Origin: Azolla caroliniana
Taxonomy: Eukaryota; Plantae; Polypodiophyta
Direction of reading: 5' to 3'
DNA: 30,071 nucleotides
Assembly (NCBI GenBank): GCA_043228905.1
Contig: JBHGNT010000380.1
Span: 1 to 30,071, forward strand
Shown here: positions 10,900-23,000 of the stretch, one piece after another
Numbering within the stretch: the stretch's first letter is position 1
Layout: each line of letters starts with the position of its first letter
Translations under genes and position numbers: made by a program
The notes under the pieces: generated by a model
The model's database searches: none
Seen by the model: the letters and a program-made list of their open reading frames with translations, nothing else
Told to the model about the DNA's origin: nothing

Positions 10900-12050
10900 A
10901 ACATCGAAAAAATGCATTGTAATTGCTGAACACAGCTGAACACGGGTACAAAGATGTTGTGTCAATAGGTCATCTTCACCTCTTCTTCTAGTATTTAGAG
11001 ATAACAAAATTATAGAGAGGAAGACATCACATGTGTTATTCATTAATGTATCAATTAGGCTTATTCGTTTAGCAAACATTGGAAGATAACGAGACATGCC
11101 AAGTACTCTAGTTCTACACCTAAATGCATTGGTAGTTGTCTACTCAAACAAAAATGGGACTAATTGGCATTGATAGCATGCGTTAATCATTAATTGGAGA
11201 ACCCACTTTTGGTAACAATCATAATGCCCAAAAGGGAGAAAACCAATTGATTCATCCTCACATTATGGTTATCAAACATATGGCATAACTTCTTGCATGT
11301 GATATAGAATATTGATGATAGGTTAAAGCATGCCAAAAGATTATGAATGGTTATGCTAATAGTCAATAAGGGAAATCCATATTTGCTTTCTGTATTTGTA
11401 ATAGATGATGGGAGACAAACTTCCCAAAACGCCATCCATCTCAATATTGTTTTTGTGTTTGCAATCTTAACAACAATATTATTCAAATAGATCTATCCAT
11501 TCACATCTTAAAACCTCAAGTTGTTGAGAACCTTTTGTCTAGCCAACTTGATCATATAGTCAAAATTGTTACTACCTTTGAACAACCCATGTTGGGTGTA
11601 ATTTTTACCATAATATGTTGTCCACGACACATTGCTCTGAGGTTGAACAACCTACAACTTGATTTAGAACATCGTCACTACAAACTAGGTTCTCCTGCAT
11701 AGGAATTATGTGTGGCTCAAAGTTGGAAACTTGGACAAGAGATAAAATCACATTAATCATTGGTTGACCTTTGAACCTCATTCATATACTCGTTGTTTGG
11801 GGAGGAACTTTTTCGGGAGGCCACCCATCTTAGCATTGTCTTTGTAGCTACCTAACAAGATTTCCAAATTGGTCTTATTTCTCAAACCTCGAAAGTTTAA
11901 GTTGTTGGGGAGCATCAATCTAATTGAATTGAACCTTGCAAATAATGAAGCATTTCTTTAATAAATGCAACAATCCCATTTATTGAGACTTCAACTCAAT
12001 GACAATGTTGGAAAACACATGCTTTACCACAACAAAATTATGTTGATGTA
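10900..12050 (-). mobile_element. Possible decayed Ty3/gypsy integrase remnant
   Basis: On the minus strand, 'gttggctagacaaaaggttctcaacaac' resembles DGQTEVLN codons, and a later FPLLTISITIH resembles LPLxEFAYNxTIH. The sequence is very degenerate and was judged by eye. Confidence 0.25.
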
Positions 12051-13149
12051 TTTGAAATTTAAGAATGTTGAATATAGTACATTTGAATTTGTAAGCAATA
12101 ACTGTAGGAACATGTGGCCATAAAGCAATCATTTGTAAGCATTAATTGTAAGCAATAATTTGTAAGGTAGAGAGTCCAGACTCTAGACCATGCTTTCTCA
12201 TATTGATTCAACACATAATCTCTTGTTTTAATTCTATTTAACCAAGTGTTTGTCGATAAAGAAAACAATAAGGGAAGATTACAAGATAGTAAAAGGAAAG
12301 AAAATATTTCTAAAAATGCATGTAAATTTTCTTTAAAAATTACACTACAATAACTACAAAGTCTCAAATTTGACAAACTTGAGCATAAAACAACTCTTCA
12401 TGAAGACATTTATGCACCATTGAGAATGTTTTAAGAAAAAATTTCTACCTAAATCGACTCTTCAATATCTTTTATGCATTGGAGATCTCCATTCATACAA
12501 GATTATCATAGTCTTTATAGCATTCAATGAGCTTTAACAACTCTGAAACTAATTAAAAGATTGATTATTCATTGTTGGAAAGTATATAGGAAAACGTAAT
12601 GAAGTTTGCAAAATTGGTTCGCCTATAACAAATTTACTTAGCAATGACAACCTTCAATCTATTTTGATAGTGAACATGGAGAAAGAAAGTGTATCATGTA
12701 TAAATGCACAAGCCCAATCGCCTTCAAGTTTACATGTAGCACTCAACTTTGCACCCACATGCATCATTGTCTCTAGGAATTTAGTGTGATGTAGAGGCAA
12801 TATTGAATGAAGACCATACATTGAACTTAATTAAATAACTAGAAAATGTATGCACCCACAAATTAATTCCAAATACAAGGCAAGCTAAAAACTAAGCATG
12901 TTATAGGGACAACCAACGGGAATGCTCAAATAAAGTATAACACTAACAAAGTATTATGCAAAAAAGTGTCAATAATAGAACTTTTGTTGAAAATCATGTT
13001 ATCTTTGCAATATGTCCCTAATAGACTATTATGCAAAATAGATGTCGAGAATAAAGTTGTGTTTTAAAAAATATATTAAATATCCTCCCTTGGTATTAAA
13101 ATTAAAGTGGCCAGAGGCAATACACAAAATAATCCACTATTACAATGAA

Positions 13150-13548
13150 TATTGCATATCCTATTATTAGCGATGTCCATGCGACAACATCTTTTATTGG
13201 AAAACTGTTGAATATTCGTGCAGCTTCAGCAACCCAGCCACATTTAGCATGCATATTAAGCAAGGAATTGCCACTAGCAACATTGGTTTCCAAAAAACCC
13301 CTCTTTTTACAAGTTGACTATGGATTCCTTGGCCTTTATCAATGGATTTTATGTCATTGCAAGCTTGAAATCCAAAGAAACTATCATCGCATTGGGAGAC
13401 ACCCCTCAAGTTGCGAACAAGCTTTGATAAGGACCACAAGAATATGTGTTGACACATGTATTACTCAACATTCCTTCAATTTTTGATGCAGTTTGATAGC
13501 ATCATATGGCATTCTACATCTCACATAACCCATGGTAAGGGCATTGGA
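13150..13548 (-). pseudogene. Decayed PLS-class PPR gene fragment
   Basis: Frameshifted PPR pieces: SNALTMGYVRCRMPYDAIKLHQKLKEC* (P), HILVVLIKACSQLE (L), FQACNDIKSIDKGQGIHSQLVKRG (L) and ETNVASGNSLLNMHAKCGWVAEAARIFNSFPIKDVVAWTSLIIGYA (S + start of P). It has an in-frame stop and frameshifts. Confidence 0.85.
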
Positions 13549-15363
13549 TTAGTTGTCTTGCTCATGTTATATTTGCATTAGTTAGTTGAGCATTTCACAT
13601 CCAAACATATAGTCAATGTTTGGTTTTGGAATTCAAAGCCATTGCTCATGGCGTGATGAGTTGTTCATAATATTTGCTAATGGGGATTAAACACTTAGAT
13701 CATTACATATACTTGTTTAGTTTCTTTTATTAATAAAACTATGAGATCTCGAAATAATCCAATGTGTATAGCATGCGTACTAGGGGAAATAAGAGAAAAG
13801 ACTTCACATGATAGAGTGAAACACAAAACAATAGAACTAACATTTCAATGTATTACACAGTAGTTCATTTAAGTAGCAAAGTGGCTCAAGTAAAGCTATA
13901 ACTCCAAGATTCATAATGTGAACAACCCAATGTCAAGCAAGGGCTTTTCCTTGGTCTTATTCTAGGACTTAACCTAATACTACCTTAAGAAAATATCTTG
14001 AAACGTTTTGCATAGTAGCATGTCATTCATGTATTGTGTGTGAATAGTAAGGGGATAAATGCCATGTTCCACCATTTCTAATGAGAGGACATGAATGCCT
14101 TTTTGTGTACAAACTCTCATTGACCATTACAATAAAATGATATTGGTCAAACAAAATATATGTTTAAGGCACTCACTAAGAGAGAATGCTTTTTGCTCAA
14201 AAAGTTGAAACCTAGAGATCCACAAATATTAGTTGCTTAGGGACCAAGTGACTAGAAACTTTATAGTAAATTTCAAAGTAATGACTAAGAAATGTGAGTT
14301 TGATTAAGATATACAAAATGCTAAGTCTAACTTAAATGATTTACAAAACCTCGTCAAGAATTTTCAAAACAAGGCCCTTGATATTCACTATCGACTCTAC
14401 TAAACAAATAGGCGTAGGACACACATGAATACTTCCAGAAGCCGCATCATCCACATAATTTGGGAATGGCATCTCATATCGTTTGACTACACATCATCAG
14501 AGCAAAATTGATGCACACTTTGGCATTAGAATCATGCAATTTTGTTAGTGCATATAATCGAGCTATAAATGAGGTAATGACTCTACATGTACAAATGTGA
14601 GCTAATCCTCAACCTTATGGCTTCGACTAAAACCCAATATTACAAATGTTTTTCTATTGGATTGGAACATCCCAAACAAAGCCTAATTCTACAAGGAGCA
14701 AATCTGATTGCAAATCAATTCTAACATTTTTGAAGTCTTTTGTTTGTAAATAGCAATAGGTTGAAGTTTGTGGGATGCGACCAAAAGAGTTTGTTGAAGT
14801 GCCAACAACACTTTTAAGGTCTAGCATATTTTTAGTAGGTGAAGAATTCCACGTTGTGAAAGGAACCTCGAGAGTGAGTGTATAGGCGTGTGCTACAGTT
14901 TCAAAACCCCAAACCATGTGCACAAAAGCCCATAAGGCAAGTACATTTCAGCTCAATATCGACACAAAGACATAGACTATCACCTTACCATGTTTGCAAG
15001 CTAAGCCGTGGAGGAGGTATTTCGAAGTGCAAAATCACGTAAGCATAGCATACCCTATGGGTTCACATTGTTGGAAAGTCGTACATATTTGTTGAGTCGC
15101 GCGTAAATTCAGCAAGGGACTTCTTCCGACACATGAGCTAACCATATAACTAACCCATGCGAATGTGCAAAACCCTTATAATATAATAGGAGACTCCTCT
15201 TTGCTCAATGGCTCATCAAACTTTGTCAACCTACACTTCCTATACCCCCATTCTCTCTTCTTCTTGCCAACTCTATATTTCTAGGGTTTCATTCTATATG
15301 TTCATGTCAAATGTATGCATGCATGCACGTATGCCTCTTGTCATGATCCTAAAAAAAAAAGCC

Positions 15364-15737
15364 AAACCCTAATTTGTGAAAGGGACTCATGTTTGTTAAT
15401 ATCAGCTCAACCTTCTTCATCTCTCTTTTTTTTCATTTTCGCTAACCCTAGTTTTTGTTCTTCACCTGTCCTTGCTAACCCTAAATTTGTGCAAGAGAAC
15501 ACGTATCAAAAAGATATAGAGAAAAAGAACGCCTTCTCCCTTCCTTCCTCTCATCATCTGCACCTCACCTTGCCATACCCTATATAATGTATGGAAGAAA
15601 AACATACATCTAACAAGTCTTGAAAGTGATAAAAAAAAATAAAAAAATTACTCATCTCCTCCGTGTCATTCCCTAAACGCTAAACCCTAATCATATGAAG
15701 GACTGTAAAAGCCCTAACCTATCTATGCAAACCCTAA
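15364..15737 (+). promoter_or_regulatory. Cluster of telo-box (AAACCCTAA) motifs around the start of the 15695 gene
   Basis: AAACCCTAA occurs at 15364, 15682 and 15729, with AACCCTA variants near 15444 and 15477, in a pyrimidine-rich 5' region. Confidence 0.45.
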
Positions 15738-16255
15738 TCAAATTCAGAGCAAAAGTGGTGGGAGGAGGCGGTGGAAAGAAGAGGGGAGGAGAAGGAGAGG
15801 GGAAAGAGAGATCAAATGCGAAAGGAGGAGGAGGAGGCATGGGGAGGTGCTGGGATTTGAAGAAGACATCTGAATCATCTGAATCATCATCTGAATCATC
15901 AGGGAAGATGGAGGCAGGGCATTTGGAGGGGGAGTCAGGCGCGCTGTGGAAGAGGTCCATCCTGTTGGGGGAGAGGTGTGAGCCCCCTACATTCTCTGGC
16001 CTCATCCTCTATGATCGCCATGGCTATCCTCTCCCTCATCACCATCACCATCACCATCTCCATCCTCCTCCTCATCACCATCACCACCACCATCATCATC
16101 ATCATCATCAAAATGATCAAAATCATGATGAGCTTTCCTTGAGATCCCATTATTCTGCTCTGCATATTATCAAGCATGCCTCCCTCGCCCAATTGTTCGC
16201 ATATGAGAGAGAGATGGAGAGAATCACACACACACGCACATACCAAATCTTCTAG
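15695..16255 (+). CDS. Small plant uncharacterised protein with conserved LW(Q/K)RxILxGE(R/K)CxPPxFSGxIxYD motif and poly-His tract
   Basis: ATG-initiated 186-aa ORF. LWKRSILLGERCEPPTFSGLILYDRHG matches a motif I recall from a conserved family of short plant proteins of unknown function. It has a G/K/E-rich N-terminus and an H7-L-H-P3-H12 tract at 16037-16108. Confidence 0.8.
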   Translation: MKDCKSPNLSMQTLIKFRAKVVGGGGGKKRGGEGEGKERSNAKGGGGGMGRCWDLKKTSESSESSSESSGKMEAGHLEGESGALWKRSILLGERCEPPTFSGLILYDRHGYPLPHHHHHHHLHPPPHHHHHHHHHHHHQNDQNHDELSLRSHYSALHIIKHASLAQLFAYEREMERITHTRTYQIF

Positions 16256-16465
16256 CCAGAGAGCCTGAATCAACCGTGACGCCGGTAGGGGAGTTGGGGG
16301 GGAGGGGGATTTGATTTTACTCATTCAACCATGCATAAAAACCTGGTCTTTTAAGCCTTTTAACTGAGAATTTGAGCAACCACATGCATACATATTTCCT
16401 AATCCTGTGCTTTGGGAGAGACAATGTTTGACCCACAGCACATGATTCTTAGAATGCTCATGTAT

Positions 16466-16466
<1 letters not shown>

Positions 16467-16500
<34 letters not shown>
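16467..16500. repeat. (CA)17 microsatellite
   Basis: Read directly from the sequence. Confidence 0.95.
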
Positions 16501-16503
<3 letters not shown>

Positions 16504-16673
16504 TTGGAATGCAGGTTCCATGGCACCACCATTACCACCACATGTTTTTTACTTAACAAAAATGTACATTGTTATTTATAAGTGTGTATCCATGACACAT
16601 CACCGTCTCCTCCTATGCGTGCCCGGTAGAGGCGACAAGGGGACCAAGAGGTGCAAAGCCAGCATTCACATAT

Positions 16674-17594
16674 TTATCGTGTGCTTAGCCTCGGGAAATG
16701 CTCAGGGCTAGACCTCGAAGATAGCCGATTTGATGCCATGTTTGATTTGGTGCCATGTTTGTTGGTACTGCGAGGGCTAGCGCTCGAACTAGCTGATTTG
16801 GTGCCATGTTTGGTAGTCATGCGAGGGCTAGAGCATTGACTCCGAGAGCTTGTTTGTGCATGACCTTGCTTGTGTGTTGCTCTAGTGCCATGTTTCATCA
16901 TTGCACGAGGACTAGAAGTAAGGGTTGGGGAATATGTAGGTATTTGAACTAGAGAGTAAGAGCTAGGGCAAATTGCTCCCACACTATCCTTGCCGTTAAA
17001 TGTCCTCAAGGGAGAGCTAGGTGGTGTTCCGAGTGGATAGGGACTAGGGGTAAGCGTCTCCATACCGTCCTTGCCATTAAATGTTCGCAATGGGCTCGAG
17101 GTCACCGGCACGAGGAATTGATTCCCTACAAGCAACTCATTCATATAAGGGCTCCCCATCCTAAGCACTTGTTCGCATGCATCCTTCACTTTTGTGCCCA
17201 AGCCTTTAACCCCAGGAGAGGTGATGTAATCTTCTTGACTTGTGGACTTCCTTGGGCTAAGCATGCTTGCAAGCCCTAATTTCTTCTTGTTTTGCTCTTC
17301 CATGAGGTTGCTAAGCTCTCTAAGCTTTAATATCTTTTGTGTTTTCTCATGCTCCTCTTCTTCTACTTCTTTGTCACCTCCATAATCACACCTCCATTCG
17401 AGCTTTGTGTAATGCATATCATCTGTGTTGTCATCATCATTTGAGAAATGACCATGGTTCACACATGGTCTTGAAACCATTCCTCCAAAGCAACTTATAA
17501 TCAATGATGAACCAAACTTCGCAATTTTGGCTGAACCCTTTGGAACCTTAGGAGCAGAATTCATGTGGGGTGATGTTCTTTGCAACTTGAGCAT
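16674..17594 (-). CDS. Uncharacterised S/P/K-rich protein (~306 aa from first ATG) with internal repeats
   Basis: The ORF track start at 17615 is TTG and the first ATG is at 17594. This is a long open frame in AT-rich DNA, with an acidic/helical middle and repeated SSPLRTFNGKD and SPRxxxKHGT units. An upstream exon cannot be excluded. Confidence 0.6.
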   Translation of the reverse strand: MLKLQRTSPHMNSAPKVPKGSAKIAKFGSSLIISCFGGMVSRPCVNHGHFSNDDDNTDDMHYTKLEWRCDYGGDKEVEEEEHEKTQKILKLRELSNLMEEQNKKKLGLASMLSPRKSTSQEDYITSPGVKGLGTKVKDACEQVLRMGSPYMNELLVGNQFLVPVTSSPLRTFNGKDGMETLTPSPYPLGTPPSSPLRTFNGKDSVGAICPSSYSLVQIPTYSPTLTSSPRAMMKHGTRATHKQGHAQTSSRSQCSSPRMTTKHGTKSASSSASPRSTNKHGTKSNMASNRLSSRSSPEHFPRLSTR

Positions 17595-19398
17595 TTTTCT
17601 CAAGTTTTTATTCAAGTGAATATAAATGTGCTATAGATAATCATAAGAAATGCCAAGATCTTAGCCTTGTGATAAAATATATTGTGTTTGCAATATCTTA
17701 CACAGCCATAATGATGATTTGAAGATAGGACGTAAAACATGAGGAGGCTAATGGAGGGTCTACGTGTCTTAATGGAGTGCTAATGAGACACATTGAGGAG
17801 GGGGGGTTTATTTATTTTGGAATTGGAGCTTCTATAGATTGGCTATAAGTTCGTCTATAAAAAGAGACGTGCCAAATTTTTGAGCTTTGGAGCATTGACC
17901 TTAAGAGAGAGGATTGAAAGAATGACTGACCACCTAACATTTAAGTACTGACACGTTTTTGTAACAAATTTTATGGTATAACTTGAAGGCTTTAAATGTC
18001 GGGGCGGGAAAAATCAATGCCGGCGTATGTTGTCTATTAACTCTTGTCACAAATTGATGTACATGAATCAACTATAAACTTAATCAAGGTTATTTACAAG
18101 CTTCAATCTATGTAGCTTAAATGATTTTTCTGTTGTTTATTCCATCATAGCGTAATTGAATATTATTGTACCACGTAATATTATCTAGAGTATAAATGGT
18201 GAAACAAGATAAGAAAAGGTGGTTTTACCTACCATGTATTTTAAGTGAACTAACTATATTGGAGTGTACCAATGCATGTAATAGAAAGTAGTGCGTGGAT
18301 ATAATCGAAAGCATGGGGAAAGAGATGCAAATTTGTGGATGGGAATAAGCACATGATGACATTTTTACCTACCATTTGCACATTTGCATTTCATGGACCC
18401 CATTAGCTATATCCATCAATCCCACAAAATAAAGCTTAGGCACTCCCACGTACATGAGTAAATTATATTGCTCCATCCAATCATATTGACTTGCTTGTTT
18501 CCCTTTTCCTTTTGGGAATGAGTTCACTTGTTTTTTGTATGTCTATCATATTTCTATGTATAGCGTACATATCGACAAATATTGGCATCATTATCATCAT
18601 AACCTAACACACCTAACAATCAACCCAAGACATTGCATACATGCATACCATTTAGAAAAGAACATTTATTTTCTACATGCACTTACAGTCACTTTTATTT
18701 GACCAAAAAGGTGCAATAATCTCGTATTATTAGATGGTATCTAGGTATATGGATGTGACATCACTTTTATGATGAGAACTTGTTGGCCGCCTTCTCCCCC
18801 CAACCCCCTTTCTCTCTTTTCCATTCAATATACATCCCACCATGAGTGGACTGTACCGGTACAATGTAACGCATAATTTCATCGATCCAAAACACGAGTT
18901 GACTCGTTGTATCTTCATCACACACATCAACACCCATTTTAAAAAAGTGGAGACCAATCATTTTTCTCTCTAGATCTTTTGCACTATTTATCTCAACTAT
19001 ACCCTCGTGCAACATCTTAGGCTTTCAAGGAGACCTAATTATAGTCACGTATGACGTAAAAGTGAGCATCTACAAGTGTATAAGTTGGCATATATCAAAA
19101 TCATAAAATTTACACAATAAAAAATCAAACAATTTAGTCTGAAATATAGAATCACTCTGAAATACCATTTACTATGTACTATCACTCAATTGAGCAAACT
19201 TCACCAAGAGGATATGCTTGTTTCAAACCAATCCTACAATTCACCAAAATGCAAGGGTACTGCGCTAATCTTAGCATTTCATGAAGTGATAATTTGAGAA
19301 CCACTTAAAATCGGTCAAATTTATGATTCTAAAAAGAATATATGCATTAAATAACCCAATGATATAAAATATCAACTAGACATTTTGGTGGGTGAAAT

Positions 19399-19417
19399 AA
19401 CCCTAAACCCTAAACCC
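19399..19417 (+). repeat. Short interstitial plant telomeric repeat (CCCTAAA)2+
   Basis: aaccctaaaccctaaaccc. Confidence 0.6.
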
Positions 19418-20082
19418 AAGGATTGTGTATAATCAGAAACATTAGCATGTTAGTAAGCTATGAATAATCAAACCCAAATAATTTAACAATGGAAAATTTA
19501 GGTACTCTTAGGTCAGAAAAAAGAAAATGATATTTACACCACAGTAAACAAGAACCAAACTAGTAGAATAAATGACAATCTATTAACAAAAGAAAAAGAA
19601 AAGCTCATAAATAAAGGATTTATCTAAGACAAGAGGACAGCTAATTCAGCAAAATAAAGAATTAAATTCATGAAACTTTCAAGCGGCTTTACATAGAAAC
19701 TACCATTAGGTAGCCCATATGATTACTTTATGACATAAATAAAGAGCTTCAATAGATAATTGCAGTAAAGAAACCTTTCAGGGAATGTATTCTCAAAAGT
19801 GAGATTCTAATTTTACATGGATTTACCACCTTGAGGTTGGTATATTATATCTTGGAAATAGAATTGCTATTGCTACAAAAGGAATGGCAGTATGTAAAAC
19901 AGCTTTCGTAGGCTATTTCATGGAACTCAGTCAATCACTATCTACAGATACTCTCCTCCAGCAAAATAAAAGATCAAGTTCATCAGCAGATGTGTCAATG
20001 AGAAGAAAGTGACCACCTGTAAAGCTACCAAGCCCCTTCAACATCTCAACCAATCTTCAAACGGGCTGTCTCTAGATTGTCT

Positions 20083-23000
20083 TCATAAAAGATCCATGAG
20101 AGGAGGGTCTATGGAGCCCATATTAGAATTAGTTTGTGGAGATCGAATAGGCCGTATGGGATTACGACCCCGACCTTTACCTAAACCAGTAGGTGGAGGG
20201 GCAAGCTTTCTAGGTTGAACTTCAGAATGAGTTGTTCCTTGAGGTGCGAAAAATGATGATATATCAATCTCATTCCTCCTACCTCCAATTGGATTAGTGT
20301 TCTTTTCACTCCCATTCATTATAGACAGACCAGATACAGGTAACTGATTCAAACTAGCTGATTTAGATCCCACCATGTTGATTCCACCACTCACACTGGA
20401 GCGTGGAGGCCAATCTGCAAATGGATCAAACGCATCTATAGATTCTCCTTTTTTATCTTCCATATTTGGTGTCAGCATATTTGTGGTAGAAGCAATGTTG
20501 ATAGATTGTGATTTCACTGAAGACTGAGATGTAGGTGGTGGCCACTCAAAGCTTGGGTACAATGTATTAGGTACGGTTGTGCTGCTTTCACTATGAGAAA
20601 CTGACACACCCTTCGAGAGGACCACGTTGTCTGCAGGATTTTCCTTTGTTGGTATAACAGATCCTGTACTACTATTGGCAATTGAACTCCAATCATCTGC
20701 ACCCCAAGAGGCTTTCACCGATACTGGACCAGCTTTCACCATCGAATTCCATGTTTGACTATCCCATGTGCTATTCCCTTTAATTTCAGAAGATGATCCC
20801 ATCCCATTTTGTTCACCATCTGATCCCTTTGGCCGGATCCCAATAGGTGGGATAGTATCTCCTTCATTCAGTACCACACCACGTTTGTCCTCAATTTTCC
20901 TAGTTTAAACAGTATTTTAAGCAAATTTTCTGATAAGAATGATTGGGAAAGAAGAAATGATTATAAAGAAAAAACAAACATCCCATCATTAATGAGAACG
21001 ATAATAAATGAAAATTTCAATGCTAAAATGAGCTATGAATAAATTGGCTCTATTGTTATTTAATTGATATGCTTCAAACGGTGCAGATGATATTGAATCT
21101 ACATGGAAAAGGTATCTAAAACATTGAAGCATTATTGGTGTTCATAAATAACTATCTCTTCAATTTGAATGTTCACAAGATAAGTCACACCTTAGAATCT
21201 CTTTAATGAAGAGCATGTATTTCGAAAACTGCTGCAGATTAAGCTGCTGTGCAATGAGTAATGGGGATAAAAGGGGTAACAGATGCTCAGCAGCAAACTC
21301 GACTCCATACTACACAGACAGATGAGTAAATCAGCAATCTCTGGAATCTTTATTTGCTTTCTGGCTTTGGTAAGAAAATTATAAAATAATCCCCAACAAT
21401 ATGTACCTATAGCCTCATATTTTAAGTGCATAAGTAAAAACAGTTACCTGTTTGTAGACAACACCAGCTACATTCAGAGTGCACATAAGGGTTGGTGCAG
21501 AATGATCCACAGCTGTGCATCTTCTTAGAGTCTGAAGAATTTCAGCAATCAAGACTTTATCAAGCCGAGGCACCAATTCTCCGAGACATAATAGTGCATT
21601 CACCCTCACCTGAATACATGGATAGCCTTTCATTATTCTCCATGAATATTTATACAGTACATGAAAACAAAAACGAATGTCCAAATTATTTTTCATGAGT
21701 GCTGTACAATAGACAGATGAACAAAAGGGTGTGTCTTGTATAGTGTGTCTTATATGGAAGACTTGAACCCCATGCAACATGGCCCTAGAGGCTATGCCTA
21801 AGCTACTTCACCTCTGATGGCCCTTGGCATGGCATGCCTTCACTTGGAAATATATCATGAGCTAACATCATCTCGAAAGCTCACTAAAGATTGAAGTTAC
21901 ATCTAGTGTTTATTGATGATCCAAAAACATCCAGTAACTGCAGAAATCTAAGACTTCAAATTTGGCAAGCTAAATTAGAGATCTCTCCATCTACACATAT
22001 TTGTAAATGCCAGGTTTTCGTTGTTTCCTTCACTAAAGAGTTTTCTTTCTGGCTTTCCTTAACATATTATCAGTGACGGATCGTTTTTTAATTTGGCTTT
22101 GATGATGTTTTACAGGAAACTGTCCAGTGCTTCATGAGGCAATAAACCCTGCATTTGCCAATAGCTGGGCGGTCCAAGGAATGCTTGCAATAGATACTCG
22201 TCAGAGGTATAGATTCGGAATCCACGAAGTCACTAGTATACACTTTTTTGACTTTGCATACACACTGAGAATGTCAAATTACATGGTGGACATGCACTAA
22301 CAAAGTTAACTGATAATGTTTTCCTTCAAGTACAGGAAATCCTTGTCTACTGTCAAAACCAAAATTCAGGAGTGACCTGTTCAACCCAAAGTCATCCTTT
22401 GTCTCAAATGCAATTGATTGGATCAGAGACCCGTTTTTATTTTTCAAGCAAACAGGCCATATAATGTAGTGCACACGTGAATAAGCAATTTTGACAGTAT
22501 AGATGCCTATTATCCACACATTAATATGTATCTTTCTCTGGCTGATGATTTGGTAGCTTATGCCATCATATCCAAGTCAAAAAATTGAGAGAAACCCAAC
22601 CATGGCTTTGGGCCCATCCAATAGATAGTATTCCATCTCATGTGTACATTATAGTATATCTGTCTATTTCATGCATAAAACTTCATAAGGACAGCTTGTA
22701 TAAAATTACAATATGTTACAGCTCAGAATAAAAAAAGCCTTAATTACCGCGGCCACTGTTGTTTTCAGTGCAAGATTGTGGAGCCGGGGTAAAATAGTTT
22801 GAGTCACAACCTAAACATAACAATCATAAACAATAAAATTTTATTAGATAAATTATTGGACAAAAACACCCAATGTACCAATAATTCCCTAAGTAGACAC
22901 CTGAAAATCAAGTTGCTTGGCTAAAGGTAAAGTGCGTCGGAGTACTTCTTCTTGCATCCGTGCATCGGGATCATCATAAGCACGAATAAGCATTGGAACC

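Noticed and set aside
12600-12790. Minus-strand GAKLSATCKLEGD resembling a PPR E1 motif downstream of the pseudogene
   Set aside because: The match is short, needs a frameshift, and could be chance.
13700-15250. Intergenic region with an 89-aa ORF (14654-14923)
   Set aside because: No motif recognised. It is probably decayed repeat DNA, but I cannot support that from the sequence alone.
15691-16324. Antisense ORFs 15691-16005 and 15935-16324 (poly-Pro, poly-Met)
   Set aside because: They are reverse complements of the Gly and His codon runs of the plus-strand gene, which carries the conserved motif.
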